This document shows positions 1 to 10,228 of a DNA stretch of 64,000 nucleotides, one piece after another. Numbering within the stretch: the stretch's first letter is position 1; each line of letters starts with the position of its first letter. The notes beneath the pieces are model-generated. The model saw only the letters and a program-made list of their open reading frames with translations. It was not told where the DNA came from and searched no databases. The translations under genes and the position numbers were made by a program. Origin of the DNA: a virus (Duplodnaviria > Caudoviricetes); the IMG/VR virus record IMGVR_UViG_3300027804_000001, positions 160,001 through 224,000 of that record; one strand, 5' to 3'.

Positions 1-57
1 TATTAATCCACCGAATATACTATCCATAATTCAAATATAATAAATTATTTTGAATAT

Positions 58-705
58 TCAAAATCCGGCATTGTGTATAAACAATGTATCATTATATTGT
101 AAATTATTATCTTTCATTGAATAATAACCATACTTTTCTGTTAATATTTTAAGAACATCTTCTTCTTCGTGTCGATACCATGCACTTTCATAAAGTATAA
201 TTGGTCTATTTCCCGTTGTTTCTAACCATTCATACATACCCATTATTATGTTCGTATCGTGTCCTTCAGCATCTATTTTAATAAAATCTACTTTTGGGAT
301 ATTTTTATCTTTAATCCAATTACTAAATGTGTCACATTTAATTGTTATTTTATCATGTGGATGAATCTCCATTCCCTCCTTATAGATTTTATTATAACCA
401 TAATTTAAATGAGAAGCAAATAATGTTTTATTCAGATTATCATCACTTAAACCCAAATTTTCAATTATAAATCTTTTATCATCACCAAACTTATTTACAC
501 ATTCATTATAATATTTTTCTATTGGTTCAAAGAGTATTATTTTATCCAAATCAAAATCAATCCTACTTAGTACTTCTTTAGTGAATATACCAGTATTCGC
601 ACCAATATCTACATAAACATCATTCTTTTTAAGATACTTACAAACTAAATTAATATCATGATTAACCCAATCAACCAGTTCTTTTTCCCATTCTTCTATT
701 GTCAT
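58..705 (-). CDS. FkbM family SAM-dependent methyltransferase
   Basis: VYVDIGANTG SAM motif, ILFEP, VDFIKIDAEGHD. Confidence 0.9.
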   Translation of the reverse strand: MTIEEWEKELVDWVNHDINLVCKYLKKNDVYVDIGANTGIFTKEVLSRIDFDLDKIILFEPIEKYYNECVNKFGDDKRFIIENLGLSDDNLNKTLFASHLNYGYNKIYKEGMEIHPHDKITIKCDTFSNWIKDKNIPKVDFIKIDAEGHDTNIIMGMYEWLETTGNRPIILYESAWYRHEEEDVLKILTEKYGYYSMKDNNLQYNDTLFIHNAGF

Positions 706-1847
706 ATTACGGTTGTTGATTTTTCAAATTTAAATCCTGTTATTTCTTCGTATAGTTTTTCACCATCGGATAAAGTTTTCAAATTATACTTTGGGTACAT
801 TTTTTTATAATGATTGTGGACTCTATACAACCATTCTTCCCCAAAATGTTTATGTATATAACCAATACAAATGCATTGAAATAATTTAGACCATTTATTA
901 TACGTTAAATGTTGTATCCCATAGAAATCAAAGTCAAACATTTCTTTTACAAAATCTATTGATGGGATTGAAAGTTCTCTTGTTTCAAATGTGATGATTT
1001 TTGAGTCAATGTTCTCCCCAAATTTATAATCATTTTTAGGATTGTTTTTAGGTAAACTCATTTTAAATCTAATTGGGAAAGTATAGTCATTCATATTGAA
1101 CGGTTCACCATTTCTTTCCTGCATTATGAACATGAATTCATTATTAGATAAAAAATTTCCACCATATTTCATCGAATTTCTATATTCTTTACTAATCTCC
1201 ATTAAATTTAGATGAATCATTAATTGTTCAATATAACAAGCACCATAACCCATTTCGTCAATCAACTCCCTATTTTTTTCATAGTGTTCTAACGAGTACT
1301 TTGTTGCTAAATTAAATGTTTCAAAATCTTTAACATAAACAACGGACATGTTTGGTATTTCACAAATTTTGAAATTATCTATTTTAAATTTGCTGTGTTG
1401 TTTTTCTAAAATAAAAAATAAACCAGAATAACTCTTTGTAAGTAATTTTAAATGTTCTTCATTAATAATTTTAGTTGATGGTTGATCGGGGTGTGCAAAA
1501 AGAAAATCACCACCGATATTTTTAAAATCAAAATGTTTAAATAAAATAGTATCGGTGTCTATATGTAAAAATTCTTCTTTGACATTTTCAAAAACTTTTA
1601 ATTTATAATAACTAAATGTTTTACTTTTTTCATTCTTTAATAACTCAGTATCAACAATATCATAAGGCATTCCAATGTCCTCAATTTGTTTTTTAACAAC
1701 TTCATTTGTATAAATTGAAATGTTATTATATATTTTTTTTGCTGTTAAGGTGCTCAAAAGTTGTGGGTACATTTGTTCCTTCCATATAATATTTTCAATA
1801 TTATTATCTGATATTGGTGGTATAAAACTATGTAATATTTTCAACAT
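702..1847 (-). CDS. Putative GT-A/nucleotide-diphospho-sugar transferase-like protein (DUF6734-like)
   Basis: YKLKVF...FLHIDTDTILF DxD motif; IEQ motif later; glycan context. Confidence 0.5.
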   Translation of the reverse strand: MLKILHSFIPPISDNNIENIIWKEQMYPQLLSTLTAKKIYNNISIYTNEVVKKQIEDIGMPYDIVDTELLKNEKSKTFSYYKLKVFENVKEEFLHIDTDTILFKHFDFKNIGGDFLFAHPDQPSTKIINEEHLKLLTKSYSGLFFILEKQHSKFKIDNFKICEIPNMSVVYVKDFETFNLATKYSLEHYEKNRELIDEMGYGACYIEQLMIHLNLMEISKEYRNSMKYGGNFLSNNEFMFIMQERNGEPFNMNDYTFPIRFKMSLPKNNPKNDYKFGENIDSKIITFETRELSIPSIDFVKEMFDFDFYGIQHLTYNKWSKLFQCICIGYIHKHFGEEWLYRVHNHYKKMYPKYNLKTLSDGEKLYEEITGFKFEKSTTVI

Positions 1848-2631
1848 GATATATCTTTTCGTAGTGTTCTTTTAATATTGCAATTTTTTTATACTGATGA
1901 ATGACATAATATTCTTCACCAATATCATTATAAACTTTTGAACCTATTATTGTGGGTAGTTTTTCGGTGAAAAAATATGGTTCTTTGTATTTGTCCTTTA
2001 ATGTTAAATGACAAACAAACCCTTCTTGTTGTTTTATAAACTGTGTATTATATTTTGAATCATACACTTGAATATTAAATGTTATCTGGTCAAAAGGGTA
2101 ATTATTTTTATTTATTCCTATACCCATAAAAAACATTGAATTAAGCAGATTAGATACAACCAACCTTTCTCCAACAATTACACCACAATTTTGAATTTCA
2201 TTATCCTTTATCCAATCCCATTCATTTGGAAAAAAAGAACCGATAAATGTAGACCAATCATCATCCTTAAATTTCAATGATTCTGATGTGGATAAGACTC
2301 CACCTTTAAAATTTTTTTCAATCCATTCGATAGGATTCTTGTTAAAAACAATATCAAAAACATCTAAAAACAAGACGATATCGGTATCAATATTTTTCAC
2401 TATCTTACTTGCATCAATTAATCTTTGATTATAAATCACTGTGGAATTATAAAAAATCCTTTGTTCTATTTCCCAACCATATTTTTTTAAAATGGTTTCT
2501 ATATTTTTATCGTTCTCATACACAATCATGATTTTACGTCCAATAAACCCACTTTCTTCTATGGATTTTATAAACGGAAGGATATCATTTACTTGATAAC
2601 CATGAATAGTACCTATAATTGTGTAGTTCAT
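1828..2631 (-). CDS. Putative GT-A fold glycosyltransferase (motif pattern like the PLOD GT domain)
   Basis: VLFLDVFDIVFNKNP, NCGVIVG, DQITFN, IHQY. Confidence 0.55.
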   Translation of the reverse strand: MNYTIIGTIHGYQVNDILPFIKSIEESGFIGRKIMIVYENDKNIETILKKYGWEIEQRIFYNSTVIYNQRLIDASKIVKNIDTDIVLFLDVFDIVFNKNPIEWIEKNFKGGVLSTSESLKFKDDDWSTFIGSFFPNEWDWIKDNEIQNCGVIVGERLVVSNLLNSMFFMGIGINKNNYPFDQITFNIQVYDSKYNTQFIKQQEGFVCHLTLKDKYKEPYFFTEKLPTIIGSKVYNDIGEEYYVIHQYKKIAILKEHYEKIYHVENIT

Positions 2632-2659
2632 TGAAATAATATACGAAAATTATTATTAT
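2631..2659 (+). promoter_or_regulatory. sigma70-like promoter for DUF192 gene
   Basis: TTGAAA-N17-TATTAT, 20 nt before ATG at 2680. Confidence 0.45.
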
Positions 2660-2666
2660 TTTTCAA
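2638..2666 (-). promoter_or_regulatory. sigma70-like promoter, probably leaderless
   Basis: TTGAAA-N17-TATATT on minus strand, 6 nt before ATG at 2631. Confidence 0.6.
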
Positions 2667-2679
2667 ATAATTATATATA

Positions 2680-3042
2680 ATGGTAAGAATTGGAGACAAA
2701 TCGTTTAATGCTGAATACCTATCAAATCCTGATGAAATTCAAAGAGGGATGATGGGTAGAGAATCCCTTGATGGGTGTATGGTTTTCAAAATGGGTATGG
2801 GACACCATTCTTTTTGGATGAAGAATTGTCTTATTCCTCTTGATATTGTATTCATAAACAAGGGAATTATATCAAGAATCCATCATAATTGTCCTCCAGT
2901 ACAATCCGGTGTTTTAAATCCACCAAAATATACTGGAATTGGCGACCACGTTGTTGAGTTTCCTGGTGGAACCTGTTCAAAGTTTAAAGTGGGCGATAGG
3001 GTTAACCTATATCTTGGGACACCTCAAAATCCTGTGGCATAA
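2680..3042 (+). CDS. DUF192 family protein
   Basis: RGMMGRE, GCMVF, FWMKNCLIPLDIVFI, VVEFPGG pattern. Confidence 0.85.
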   Translation: MVRIGDKSFNAEYLSNPDEIQRGMMGRESLDGCMVFKMGMGHHSFWMKNCLIPLDIVFINKGIISRIHHNCPPVQSGVLNPPKYTGIGDHVVEFPGGTCSKFKVGDRVNLYLGTPQNPVA

Positions 3043-3691
3043 AGTCATATACTACTTTAGGTTTTACTTTCTCAAATACCCAAAAATACGAATGATATTT
3101 CCTTGCGTGATATTGTTTACTCCATTTTGTACCATTGAAGGCATTTACTCTCACATTTGAAGTAAGTACAAACATATCTCTCGGATAGAACCCAATTTTA
3201 TATGCCATATTCATAACCATAACATGACTAAAATGTTGTTTACCACCCGAAACAGTATCTTGACACTTCATAACAAGAAATCCACCTTTATCCAATAAAC
3301 GATACATTTCCTTTAAAGTGTGGTAATAATTTGATTTCAAATCTTCATATGTACCATAACCCTCAAACCTTTTTGCTATAATTGAACTTCCTTCTTTGTT
3401 GTTTCTATGACCCATACCACTTCCAACAATAACAAACGGTGGATCATACATTATACTTTTCATTGAATTATCATCAAAGGGTAGACTTTCAGAACTAGCC
3501 TCAATAACGGTATCATTTACAGGATAAATGTCACTCTTATATTTTGGTTGTGGTAAGTCCTTCCAAAAATTTCCTTTCGAATATGTACAATCCAAATCGA
3601 ATTGCTCAATTTCATATAAGTGCATTATGTTTTTAATTGCATCAAAATTTGAATTATAAACACTTTTTACCATTTTGAAGTCCTTGTCCAT
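3002..3691 (-). CDS. Putative DNA amino-methyltransferase (N6A/N4C type)
   Basis: DLDCTYSKG SAM motif, IMYDPPF catalytic motif; convergent 41-nt overlap with DUF192 gene. Confidence 0.7.
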   Translation of the reverse strand: MDKDFKMVKSVYNSNFDAIKNIMHLYEIEQFDLDCTYSKGNFWKDLPQPKYKSDIYPVNDTVIEASSESLPFDDNSMKSIMYDPPFVIVGSGMGHRNNKEGSSIIAKRFEGYGTYEDLKSNYYHTLKEMYRLLDKGGFLVMKCQDTVSGGKQHFSHVMVMNMAYKIGFYPRDMFVLTSNVRVNAFNGTKWSKQYHARKYHSYFWVFEKVKPKVVYDFMPQDFEVSQDIG

Positions 3692-3719
3692 TGATTTTCT
3701 TTTAAATAAATTTTATATT
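3691..3719 (+). promoter_or_regulatory. sigma70-like promoter
   Basis: TTGATT-N17-TATATT, 33 nt upstream of ATG 3753. Confidence 0.65.
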
Positions 3720-3752
3720 TTAAAATATAGAATAAAAAAATCATAAAAAAAA

Positions 3753-5015
3753 ATGATTAAAGATTTTTCCGATTATAAGTTTGTTATTTCATCCGGCTGT
3801 AGTTACGGTAGGCTTGCGGACTATACATTTAAACCTTTTAGATATCTTGATTATCCTGGTTTATATGAACAATATGGTAAAGACCATTTAGAAACGGGTA
3901 ATAGTAAGGTTATATCTTTGAATTTATCATTAGGTAGTCAAGGTTCAAATTGGCAAGCGGATTCTCTAATATACGTTGTTGATAAAATACTTGAGTTAGG
4001 TATCAAAAAAGAAAACATATACTGTTTAGTTGAATGGTCTCAATGGCATCGTTTTTCATTACATCCGTTGCACCATTATGGATTGGATTTAGATTTATTT
4101 GATTTTCAACAAAATAAAATTACTCACTCAGAAAATTTCATTTATGAAATTGTTGAGCCTATGAACATGAAAAATAGGGATAATGATGATTTATTATTTT
4201 TTTCTGATTATTTAAAAGTTTTCACTTCAAAAAAGATTTATAACATACCAAAGTTAGAAGAAAGAATTTATATATGTCCACAACATACTAATCCTGAAAT
4301 TTATAAACAAATGGGTGTGAACTATAAATTATTTTATGATGATTCTGTTTTATTAGAACACACATACCCACTAGAAAATAAATTAAAAACATATTTTGAT
4401 AATATTTTAAGGACACAATATTTTTTAGAAAAACATGAATTAAAATATAATTTTCTATTTATGCAATCAACCTTATCCGAATGGAGTAAAGATTATGATA
4501 GTATAATAAGACATCCACTTTTCAATATGGGTACTCGTGTTTGGAATATTGAACCGGAAGATAAGGCGGTTTATAATAAAGATTATAATCCAAAAAATGA
4601 CATTAATTCAGACATCGAAAATATAATGCCCGAACTTAAAACAACAATTAATAAAATTAATTTTGATAATTTTTGGTTGTATGATAATGAAAAGTATAGA
4701 AAAGGTGGAATTGATGAATGGGCTATTGATAATTTAAAAGAAACGGGTTATATTACTGTAAATGAAGCACATTTAAAACGTGGTTACACTGTTGGTAATG
4801 TTTTATCAACATATAACCAACACCCAAACATGATAGCGTATATAATGTTATGGAATAAGGTAACCACAAATTGTGACTTTGTAAAAATAAAACCAGATTT
4901 TGAACAATTCATTTGGGACAAATATTGGGAGGATTATAATTATGATGGAGTAACAAAAAATAACATTACACTATCTAAAAAAGAGTGGAATAGAATAACC
5001 AAATTTAACACATAA
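3753..5015 (+). CDS. SGNH-hydrolase-like protein
   Basis: N-terminal SSGCSYG, GSQGSN, C-terminal QHPN. Confidence 0.55.
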   Translation: MIKDFSDYKFVISSGCSYGRLADYTFKPFRYLDYPGLYEQYGKDHLETGNSKVISLNLSLGSQGSNWQADSLIYVVDKILELGIKKENIYCLVEWSQWHRFSLHPLHHYGLDLDLFDFQQNKITHSENFIYEIVEPMNMKNRDNDDLLFFSDYLKVFTSKKIYNIPKLEERIYICPQHTNPEIYKQMGVNYKLFYDDSVLLEHTYPLENKLKTYFDNILRTQYFLEKHELKYNFLFMQSTLSEWSKDYDSIIRHPLFNMGTRVWNIEPEDKAVYNKDYNPKNDINSDIENIMPELKTTINKINFDNFWLYDNEKYRKGGIDEWAIDNLKETGYITVNEAHLKRGYTVGNVLSTYNQHPNMIAYIMLWNKVTTNCDFVKIKPDFEQFIWDKYWEDYNYDGVTKNNITLSKKEWNRITKFNT

Positions 5016-5041
5016 ACTATATTTATATTAAAAGCACTATT

Positions 5042-5212
5042 ATGGGATGCGGATGTAAAAAGAAACAAGAACAGTCACAACCAACTGTGACACCTCAAGC
5101 AATCAATATCAGTTTTGCTGAACAAACAAGTACAAATCTAACTAAAACACAGGAAAATTTAGTTAATCAAATTGTAGAAAACCTAAATAAAATAGGGGAA
5201 AAATCAGAATAA
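5042..5212 (+). CDS. Small hypothetical protein (56 aa, MGCGCKKK start), not in ORF track
   Basis: Translated by hand: MGCGCKKKQEQSQPTVTPQAINISFAEQTSTNLTKTQENLVNQIVENLNKIGEKSE; fills intergenic gap and is followed by a hairpin. Confidence 0.7.
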   Translation: MGCGCKKKQEQSQPTVTPQAINISFAEQTSTNLTKTQENLVNQIVENLNKIGEKSE

Positions 5213-5247
5213 TTTAACGGAAAAAATAATATTTCCGTTAAATTTTT
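5211..5247 (+). terminator. Intrinsic terminator-like hairpin
   Basis: 13-bp stem AATTTAACGGAAA/TTTCCGTTAAATT, 8-nt loop, T-run after. Confidence 0.65.
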
Positions 5248-5280
5248 ATAAAAAAAATATATAAGAATATATATACTAAT

Positions 5281-5478
5281 ATGAAAGCAGAAACAAAATT
5301 AACGAGCGTAAACATTATAGATGATGTTTACAAAAAATTCAAAATAAGATCAATTGAAGGTTCGATAAACCTACAAAAATTGGTTAATAGGTCATTAGAT
5401 TTATATAACAAGGATGAGAAATTTAGAGATGTGATTAATAATCATAATGGTTTAGCTTCAAGTGGTTCTAAGTTTTAA
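5281..5478 (+). CDS. Small protein, possible ribbon-helix-helix DNA-binding
   Basis: TSVNI strand followed by two amphipathic helices (DDVYKKFK / LQKLVNRSLDLY). Confidence 0.45.
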   Translation: MKAETKLTSVNIIDDVYKKFKIRSIEGSINLQKLVNRSLDLYNKDEKFRDVINNHNGLASSGSKF

Positions 5479-6836
5479 TGAAAAAGAAAATACTATTACT
5501 TTCAGATGATTTAAGAATGACATCTGGTATATCCACAATGTCTAAAGAAATTGTTTTAGGAACTGTTCATAAGTATGATTGGGTTCAATTAGGTGCAGCA
5601 ATTAAACATCCTGAGTTAGGTAAAATTGTTGATGTAAATGATGATACTCGTAAAAGAACGGGGGTTCAAGATGCAAATTTAAAAATCATACCAAACAATG
5701 GTTATGGTGATATTAACATTTTACGTAAGTTAATAAATGATGAGAAACCTGATGCAATTTTACATTTTACTGATCCTCATTATTGGCAGTGGTTATATGA
5801 TAATGAACATGAAATAAGACAACAAGTTCCTATATTATATTATCACATATGGGATAATCTTCCTGACCCATTATATAATAGAAATTATTATGAATCATGT
5901 GATTGGTTAGGTTGTATATCAAAGTTAACATATGGTATTGTTAATAGAGTTGGTAAATTAACCACACAATCCACTTGGAAACCATTAGAGGATTGGCAGA
6001 TTAGTTATGTTCCACACGGTGTAAATGAAAATACATTTAAACCAATTGATTCAGTTGGTTCAGATATTCGTGATATGATACACGGAAATAAAAAATATGA
6101 ATTTGTTTTATTTTATAATAGTAGAAACATAAGAAGAAAACAAACATCAGATGTAATTCTTTCATATAGATTATTTTGTGATATGTTACCAAAAGAAGAG
6201 TCTGATAAATGTTTATTACTAATGCACACAACATCTGTAGATCAAAATGGTACAGATTTACGGGCGGTTATAGAAAGTGTTTGTTCTGACTATGATGTCA
6301 AGATTACAGATAAAAAATTAGAACAAGAAAAATTAAATGAAATATATAACTCCGTTGATTGTACAATCAATATTGCAAATAACGAAGGATTTGGTCTAAC
6401 TACTGCAGAAAGTCTTATGGCTGGAACACCAATAATAGTAAATGTTACCGGTGGTCTACAAGACCAATGTGGTTTTGACTTTACTGAAAAAGATTATATT
6501 GATATTAAATCTTTACATAATAAAAGTGAAAGGTCTCAAACAAAACATGGAGAATGGGTTATACCTGTTTGGTCGTCTGTTAATAGTATAAATGGTTCCC
6601 CAGCAACACCGTATATTTTTGATGATAGAGTTAATAATACGGATGTTGCAGAGGCAATTTATAAGATGTATAAAATGGGTGAAACCGAAAGAAAGAGAAT
6701 TGGGTTACTTGGTAGGGATTATGTAAAAGAAAACTTCTCAAGTAAAGTTATGTGTAATAAAATGATTGAAGGAATTGAAACATTATTTTCAAATTGGAAA
6801 CCCAAAAATCGATTCTCTTTAAATAAAATTGTATAA
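5478..6836 (+). CDS. Glycosyltransferase family 4 (GT-B)
   Basis: KILLLSDD, RNIRRKQ, NEGFGLTTAESLMAGTPII. Confidence 0.9.
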   Translation: MKKKILLLSDDLRMTSGISTMSKEIVLGTVHKYDWVQLGAAIKHPELGKIVDVNDDTRKRTGVQDANLKIIPNNGYGDINILRKLINDEKPDAILHFTDPHYWQWLYDNEHEIRQQVPILYYHIWDNLPDPLYNRNYYESCDWLGCISKLTYGIVNRVGKLTTQSTWKPLEDWQISYVPHGVNENTFKPIDSVGSDIRDMIHGNKKYEFVLFYNSRNIRRKQTSDVILSYRLFCDMLPKEESDKCLLLMHTTSVDQNGTDLRAVIESVCSDYDVKITDKKLEQEKLNEIYNSVDCTINIANNEGFGLTTAESLMAGTPIIVNVTGGLQDQCGFDFTEKDYIDIKSLHNKSERSQTKHGEWVIPVWSSVNSINGSPATPYIFDDRVNNTDVAEAIYKMYKMGETERKRIGLLGRDYVKENFSSKVMCNKMIEGIETLFSNWKPKNRFSLNKIV

Positions 6837-7584
6837 TGAAATGATAAATAGAATTTTCATCATAGGTGATAGTTTTTGTGATGGAATATTACACCCTAAA
6901 TCAAAGAATTTACCAATTGAAAATATGCATTGGGTAAATTATGTAGATTATCATTACGAAGATACTGAAATAATCAATGATGCTCTTGGTAGTAGGGATA
7001 TACAATCAATAATAGATTATTGGATTAAATTGTTACCTCTTTTAACTGAAAATGATAGACTAATAATTGGTTTTCCTTATCTATCAAGACAAAGAATTCC
7101 AATAGAAAATGAAAAAAATTATAGATTAATACCTTGGAGTGGGGGTGTTTGTAGAAACATGTTTCTAACAAGACAATGGTGGACAGCGTTTAATGTTTTT
7201 AAAACAACCGCAGCCCACAATTATTCAGATAGAACACAAAAAATATGGACAGAAGAAAAAATTGATGATATAATCGAATTTTTAGAAATAATGAATTCAA
7301 CTACAACTGTTGCAATAAATTATAAAGAGGTGATAGAATCATTACACAAGATTACACCATGTAAATCATATCTATTTAGTTGGTTTGACTATTCATTACA
7401 TAACATACCAAAAGCAAACCAAATAGAAGATAAAAACGATATAACCAATAACATTGGTATTTGGACCACAAACGAAATGTTATATGAAGAAACAAATGGT
7501 GAAAAAGGAAATAAAAATGACTTTCATTGGGACTACAGAACAATGAAAGAATTCGGAAATTATGTAATTAACAAAATAAAATGA
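6829..7584 (+). CDS. SGNH-hydrolase-like protein
   Basis: IIGDSFC; C-terminal NDFHW. Confidence 0.55.
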   Translation: MYNEMINRIFIIGDSFCDGILHPKSKNLPIENMHWVNYVDYHYEDTEIINDALGSRDIQSIIDYWIKLLPLLTENDRLIIGFPYLSRQRIPIENEKNYRLIPWSGGVCRNMFLTRQWWTAFNVFKTTAAHNYSDRTQKIWTEEKIDDIIEFLEIMNSTTTVAINYKEVIESLHKITPCKSYLFSWFDYSLHNIPKANQIEDKNDITNNIGIWTTNEMLYEETNGEKGNKNDFHWDYRTMKEFGNYVINKIK

Positions 7585-8831
7585 ATAAACCTACATTATT
7601 ATTTAGAGGACCAGTAGAAACAAGAAGTGGATATGGTGGTCATTCAAGAGATTTATTAGAGTCATTATATCAAATGGATTTATTTGATATTAAAATCGAT
7701 AGTTGTGCTTGGGGATACACTCCTAGAACCGCTTTAGGTGACAATAAATTTCACAATTGGATTAAACAAAACATAGTAAATTCATTTAATGGTGTACCTG
7801 ATTTTTATATTCAAGTAACTGTACCGAATGAATTTCAAAGACTTGGTAAATTTAATATTGGGATTACTGCAGGAATAGAAACCACAATCGCACCAAAAAA
7901 TTGGGTTGATGGTTGTAACAGAATGGATTTAATAATAACAACATCAAATTTTTCAAGAGATGTTTTGATTCAAACTGTTTATAATGAAACAGAAAAGTTA
8001 ACAGGTAAGATTGTTAAACAACACAAAATTGAAAAACCAATAGAGGTTTTATTTGAGGGTGTTAATACCGATATTTTTAATAACAAAGAGGGGGATTTAG
8101 AATTGGACATTAAAGAAGACTTTGCTTATCTATTTGTTGGTCATTGGTTAAAAGGTGAATTAGGACGCGATAGAAAAGATGTAGGTATGCTGATAAGGTG
8201 TTTCTTAGAGGCGTTTAACAATGCCGATGATAAACCCGCATTAATACTTAAAACGTCAAGTGCCACATTCTCAGTAAAAGAAAGAGAATCATTAAGAAGT
8301 AAAATTGAAGAAATTAGTATGGGTTTTGGTAATCCACCATCTATATACCTATTATTTGGGGATTTAACTGATAATGAAATGAATTCTTTATATAACCATC
8401 CTAAAGTAAAATCAATGGTGTCAATTACTAAAGGGGAGGGTTTTGGTAGACCGCTATTAGAATTTTCTATGACAGGTAAACCAATAATAGCTTCTAATTG
8501 GTCGGGACACAAAGATTTTTTACCAATGAATAGGGCCATTATGATTGGTGGTAAATTAGTCGAAGTTCATGATAGTGTAATAGATGATTTTATCATTAAA
8601 GGTTCTAAATGGTTTAATGCAAATTATAATGAATTTATTGAAGTATTGAAAATAGTAAAAAAAGATTACGATACATTCAAAACAAATTCTGAAGATTTGG
8701 GAAAAGAAAATAGTGAAAAATTTAGTTTATCTAAAATGACCGAAAAGTTTAAACAAATCATATCTCCTTATTTAATTGAAAAACCGAAAGAACATAAATT
8801 AGTTTTACCAAAATTGACAAGAGTTAAATAA
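7581..8831 (+). CDS. Glycosyltransferase family 4 (GT-B)
   Basis: SGYGGHSR, RKDVGMLI, KGEGFGRPLLEFSMTGKPIIASNWSGH. Confidence 0.9.
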   Translation: MNKPTLLFRGPVETRSGYGGHSRDLLESLYQMDLFDIKIDSCAWGYTPRTALGDNKFHNWIKQNIVNSFNGVPDFYIQVTVPNEFQRLGKFNIGITAGIETTIAPKNWVDGCNRMDLIITTSNFSRDVLIQTVYNETEKLTGKIVKQHKIEKPIEVLFEGVNTDIFNNKEGDLELDIKEDFAYLFVGHWLKGELGRDRKDVGMLIRCFLEAFNNADDKPALILKTSSATFSVKERESLRSKIEEISMGFGNPPSIYLLFGDLTDNEMNSLYNHPKVKSMVSITKGEGFGRPLLEFSMTGKPIIASNWSGHKDFLPMNRAIMIGGKLVEVHDSVIDDFIIKGSKWFNANYNEFIEVLKIVKKDYDTFKTNSEDLGKENSEKFSLSKMTEKFKQIISPYLIEKPKEHKLVLPKLTRVK

Positions 8832-9064
8832 TGAATTTTAAATTTTTAAGAGGTGGTGAAGAATCTATGGGTAATATATTAACATTTCATCAACCAAGAT
8901 TCCAAAATAATGTTGAGTTTTGTTTTCAATTTGATGACGGAGAACCTACAGTATTTGGTAATGGTCCGAATGATTTACACATCCATATAACACCAAATGG
9001 AAACATTACTTTCACGAGTAATAATGGTCAAACATTTAAAATATTTGCAAGAGAAAGACAATGA
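8831..9064 (+). CDS. Hypothetical protein (77 aa)
   Basis: ORF coupled on both sides (TAATG, ATGA overlaps). Confidence 0.7.
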   Translation: MNFKFLRGGEESMGNILTFHQPRFQNNVEFCFQFDDGEPTVFGNGPNDLHIHITPNGNITFTSNNGQTFKIFARERQ

Positions 9065-9681
9065 AAATAAGTTTTGCAATTACAGTTTGTAATGAATTAA
9101 ATGAAATAAAGAAATTAATTCCATTCTTATTAGAACATAAAAGAATTGAAGACGAAATTGTTATTTTATATGATGAAAAAAATGGTAGTGAAGATGTTTT
9201 AAATTTTTTATTGGAGTATAATAAATTACCTAATGTGCAAGTGTGGAGAAGTTTTGAATGGAAAAATGATTTTGCTGAATGGAAGAATAAATTGAATCAA
9301 TATTGTACGGGTGATTATATTTTTCAACTAGATGCTGATGAAATGATTAGTGAGTACATGATTAAAAACACTTCTGTTATATTGGAAATGAATCCAAATG
9401 TAGATTTGATTTTTGTTCCAAGAATTAATACTGTAGATGGTATAACAGAAGAACACATAAAAGTTTGGAATTGGAGAATAGACGAAAATCAACGAATAAA
9501 CTTTCCCGATTTTCAAGGTAGAATTTATAAGAAAAACATGTCTTGGTATGGTAGAGTTCACGAAAGAATCGTAGGTGGTAAATATTTTTCATCGTTACCT
9601 ACGGAAGAAACATACTGTCTATTACACCATAAAACAATAAAAAGACAAGAAAATCAAAACGATTTTTATAGTAAAATTTAA
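9061..9681 (+). CDS. Glycosyltransferase family 2
   Basis: ISFAITVCNE, IFQLDADE, PDFQGRI, VHERI. Confidence 0.88.
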   Translation: MKISFAITVCNELNEIKKLIPFLLEHKRIEDEIVILYDEKNGSEDVLNFLLEYNKLPNVQVWRSFEWKNDFAEWKNKLNQYCTGDYIFQLDADEMISEYMIKNTSVILEMNPNVDLIFVPRINTVDGITEEHIKVWNWRIDENQRINFPDFQGRIYKKNMSWYGRVHERIVGGKYFSSLPTEETYCLLHHKTIKRQENQNDFYSKI

Positions 9682-9682
9682 T

Positions 9683-10225
9683 ATGAATAACTTAAACGAA
9701 ATTTATAAAAAATATCAATCAAATGAGGGTCACGGTGACAAAGGTACCTCCCATAGTTACATAGATGAATATGATAGAATATTAAATCCTTATAGGTATA
9801 ACTCAACAATTTTAGAAATTGGTTTATGTATGGGTGAATCTTTAAGAATGTGGGAAGAATATTTTATAGATTCTGAAGTGATTGGTATCGATATAAATCA
9901 ACATTTATTAAAAGATTTAATTGATGAAAACACACATAATATAATAATTGGGGACGCAACAAAAGAGGAAATATTAGAATCGTTTCCAAATAAAATGTTT
10001 GATGTTTTAATTGATGATGGTAGTCACAGACTAATTGATCAAATAAAAACGTTTGATATTTTTAAAAAAAGAATTAATAATGGTGGGATATACATAATTG
10101 AGGACGTATTAAATATTGATGGAGTAAAAGATATTTTTTTACAATTACATAATAACATTCAAATAATAGACAATAGACATATCAAAAATAGACACGATGA
10201 TGTCTTAATTATTTATAAATTTTAA
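9683..10225 (+). CDS. Class I SAM methyltransferase (MycE/OleY-like sugar O-methyltransferase pattern)
   Basis: GDKGTSHSY, ILEIG, IGIDIN, LIDDGSH, IIEDV. Confidence 0.8.
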   Translation: MNNLNEIYKKYQSNEGHGDKGTSHSYIDEYDRILNPYRYNSTILEIGLCMGESLRMWEEYFIDSEVIGIDINQHLLKDLIDENTHNIIIGDATKEEILESFPNKMFDVLIDDGSHRLIDQIKTFDIFKKRINNGGIYIIEDVLNIDGVKDIFLQLHNNIQIIDNRHIKNRHDDVLIIYKF

Positions 10226-10228
10226 AAT

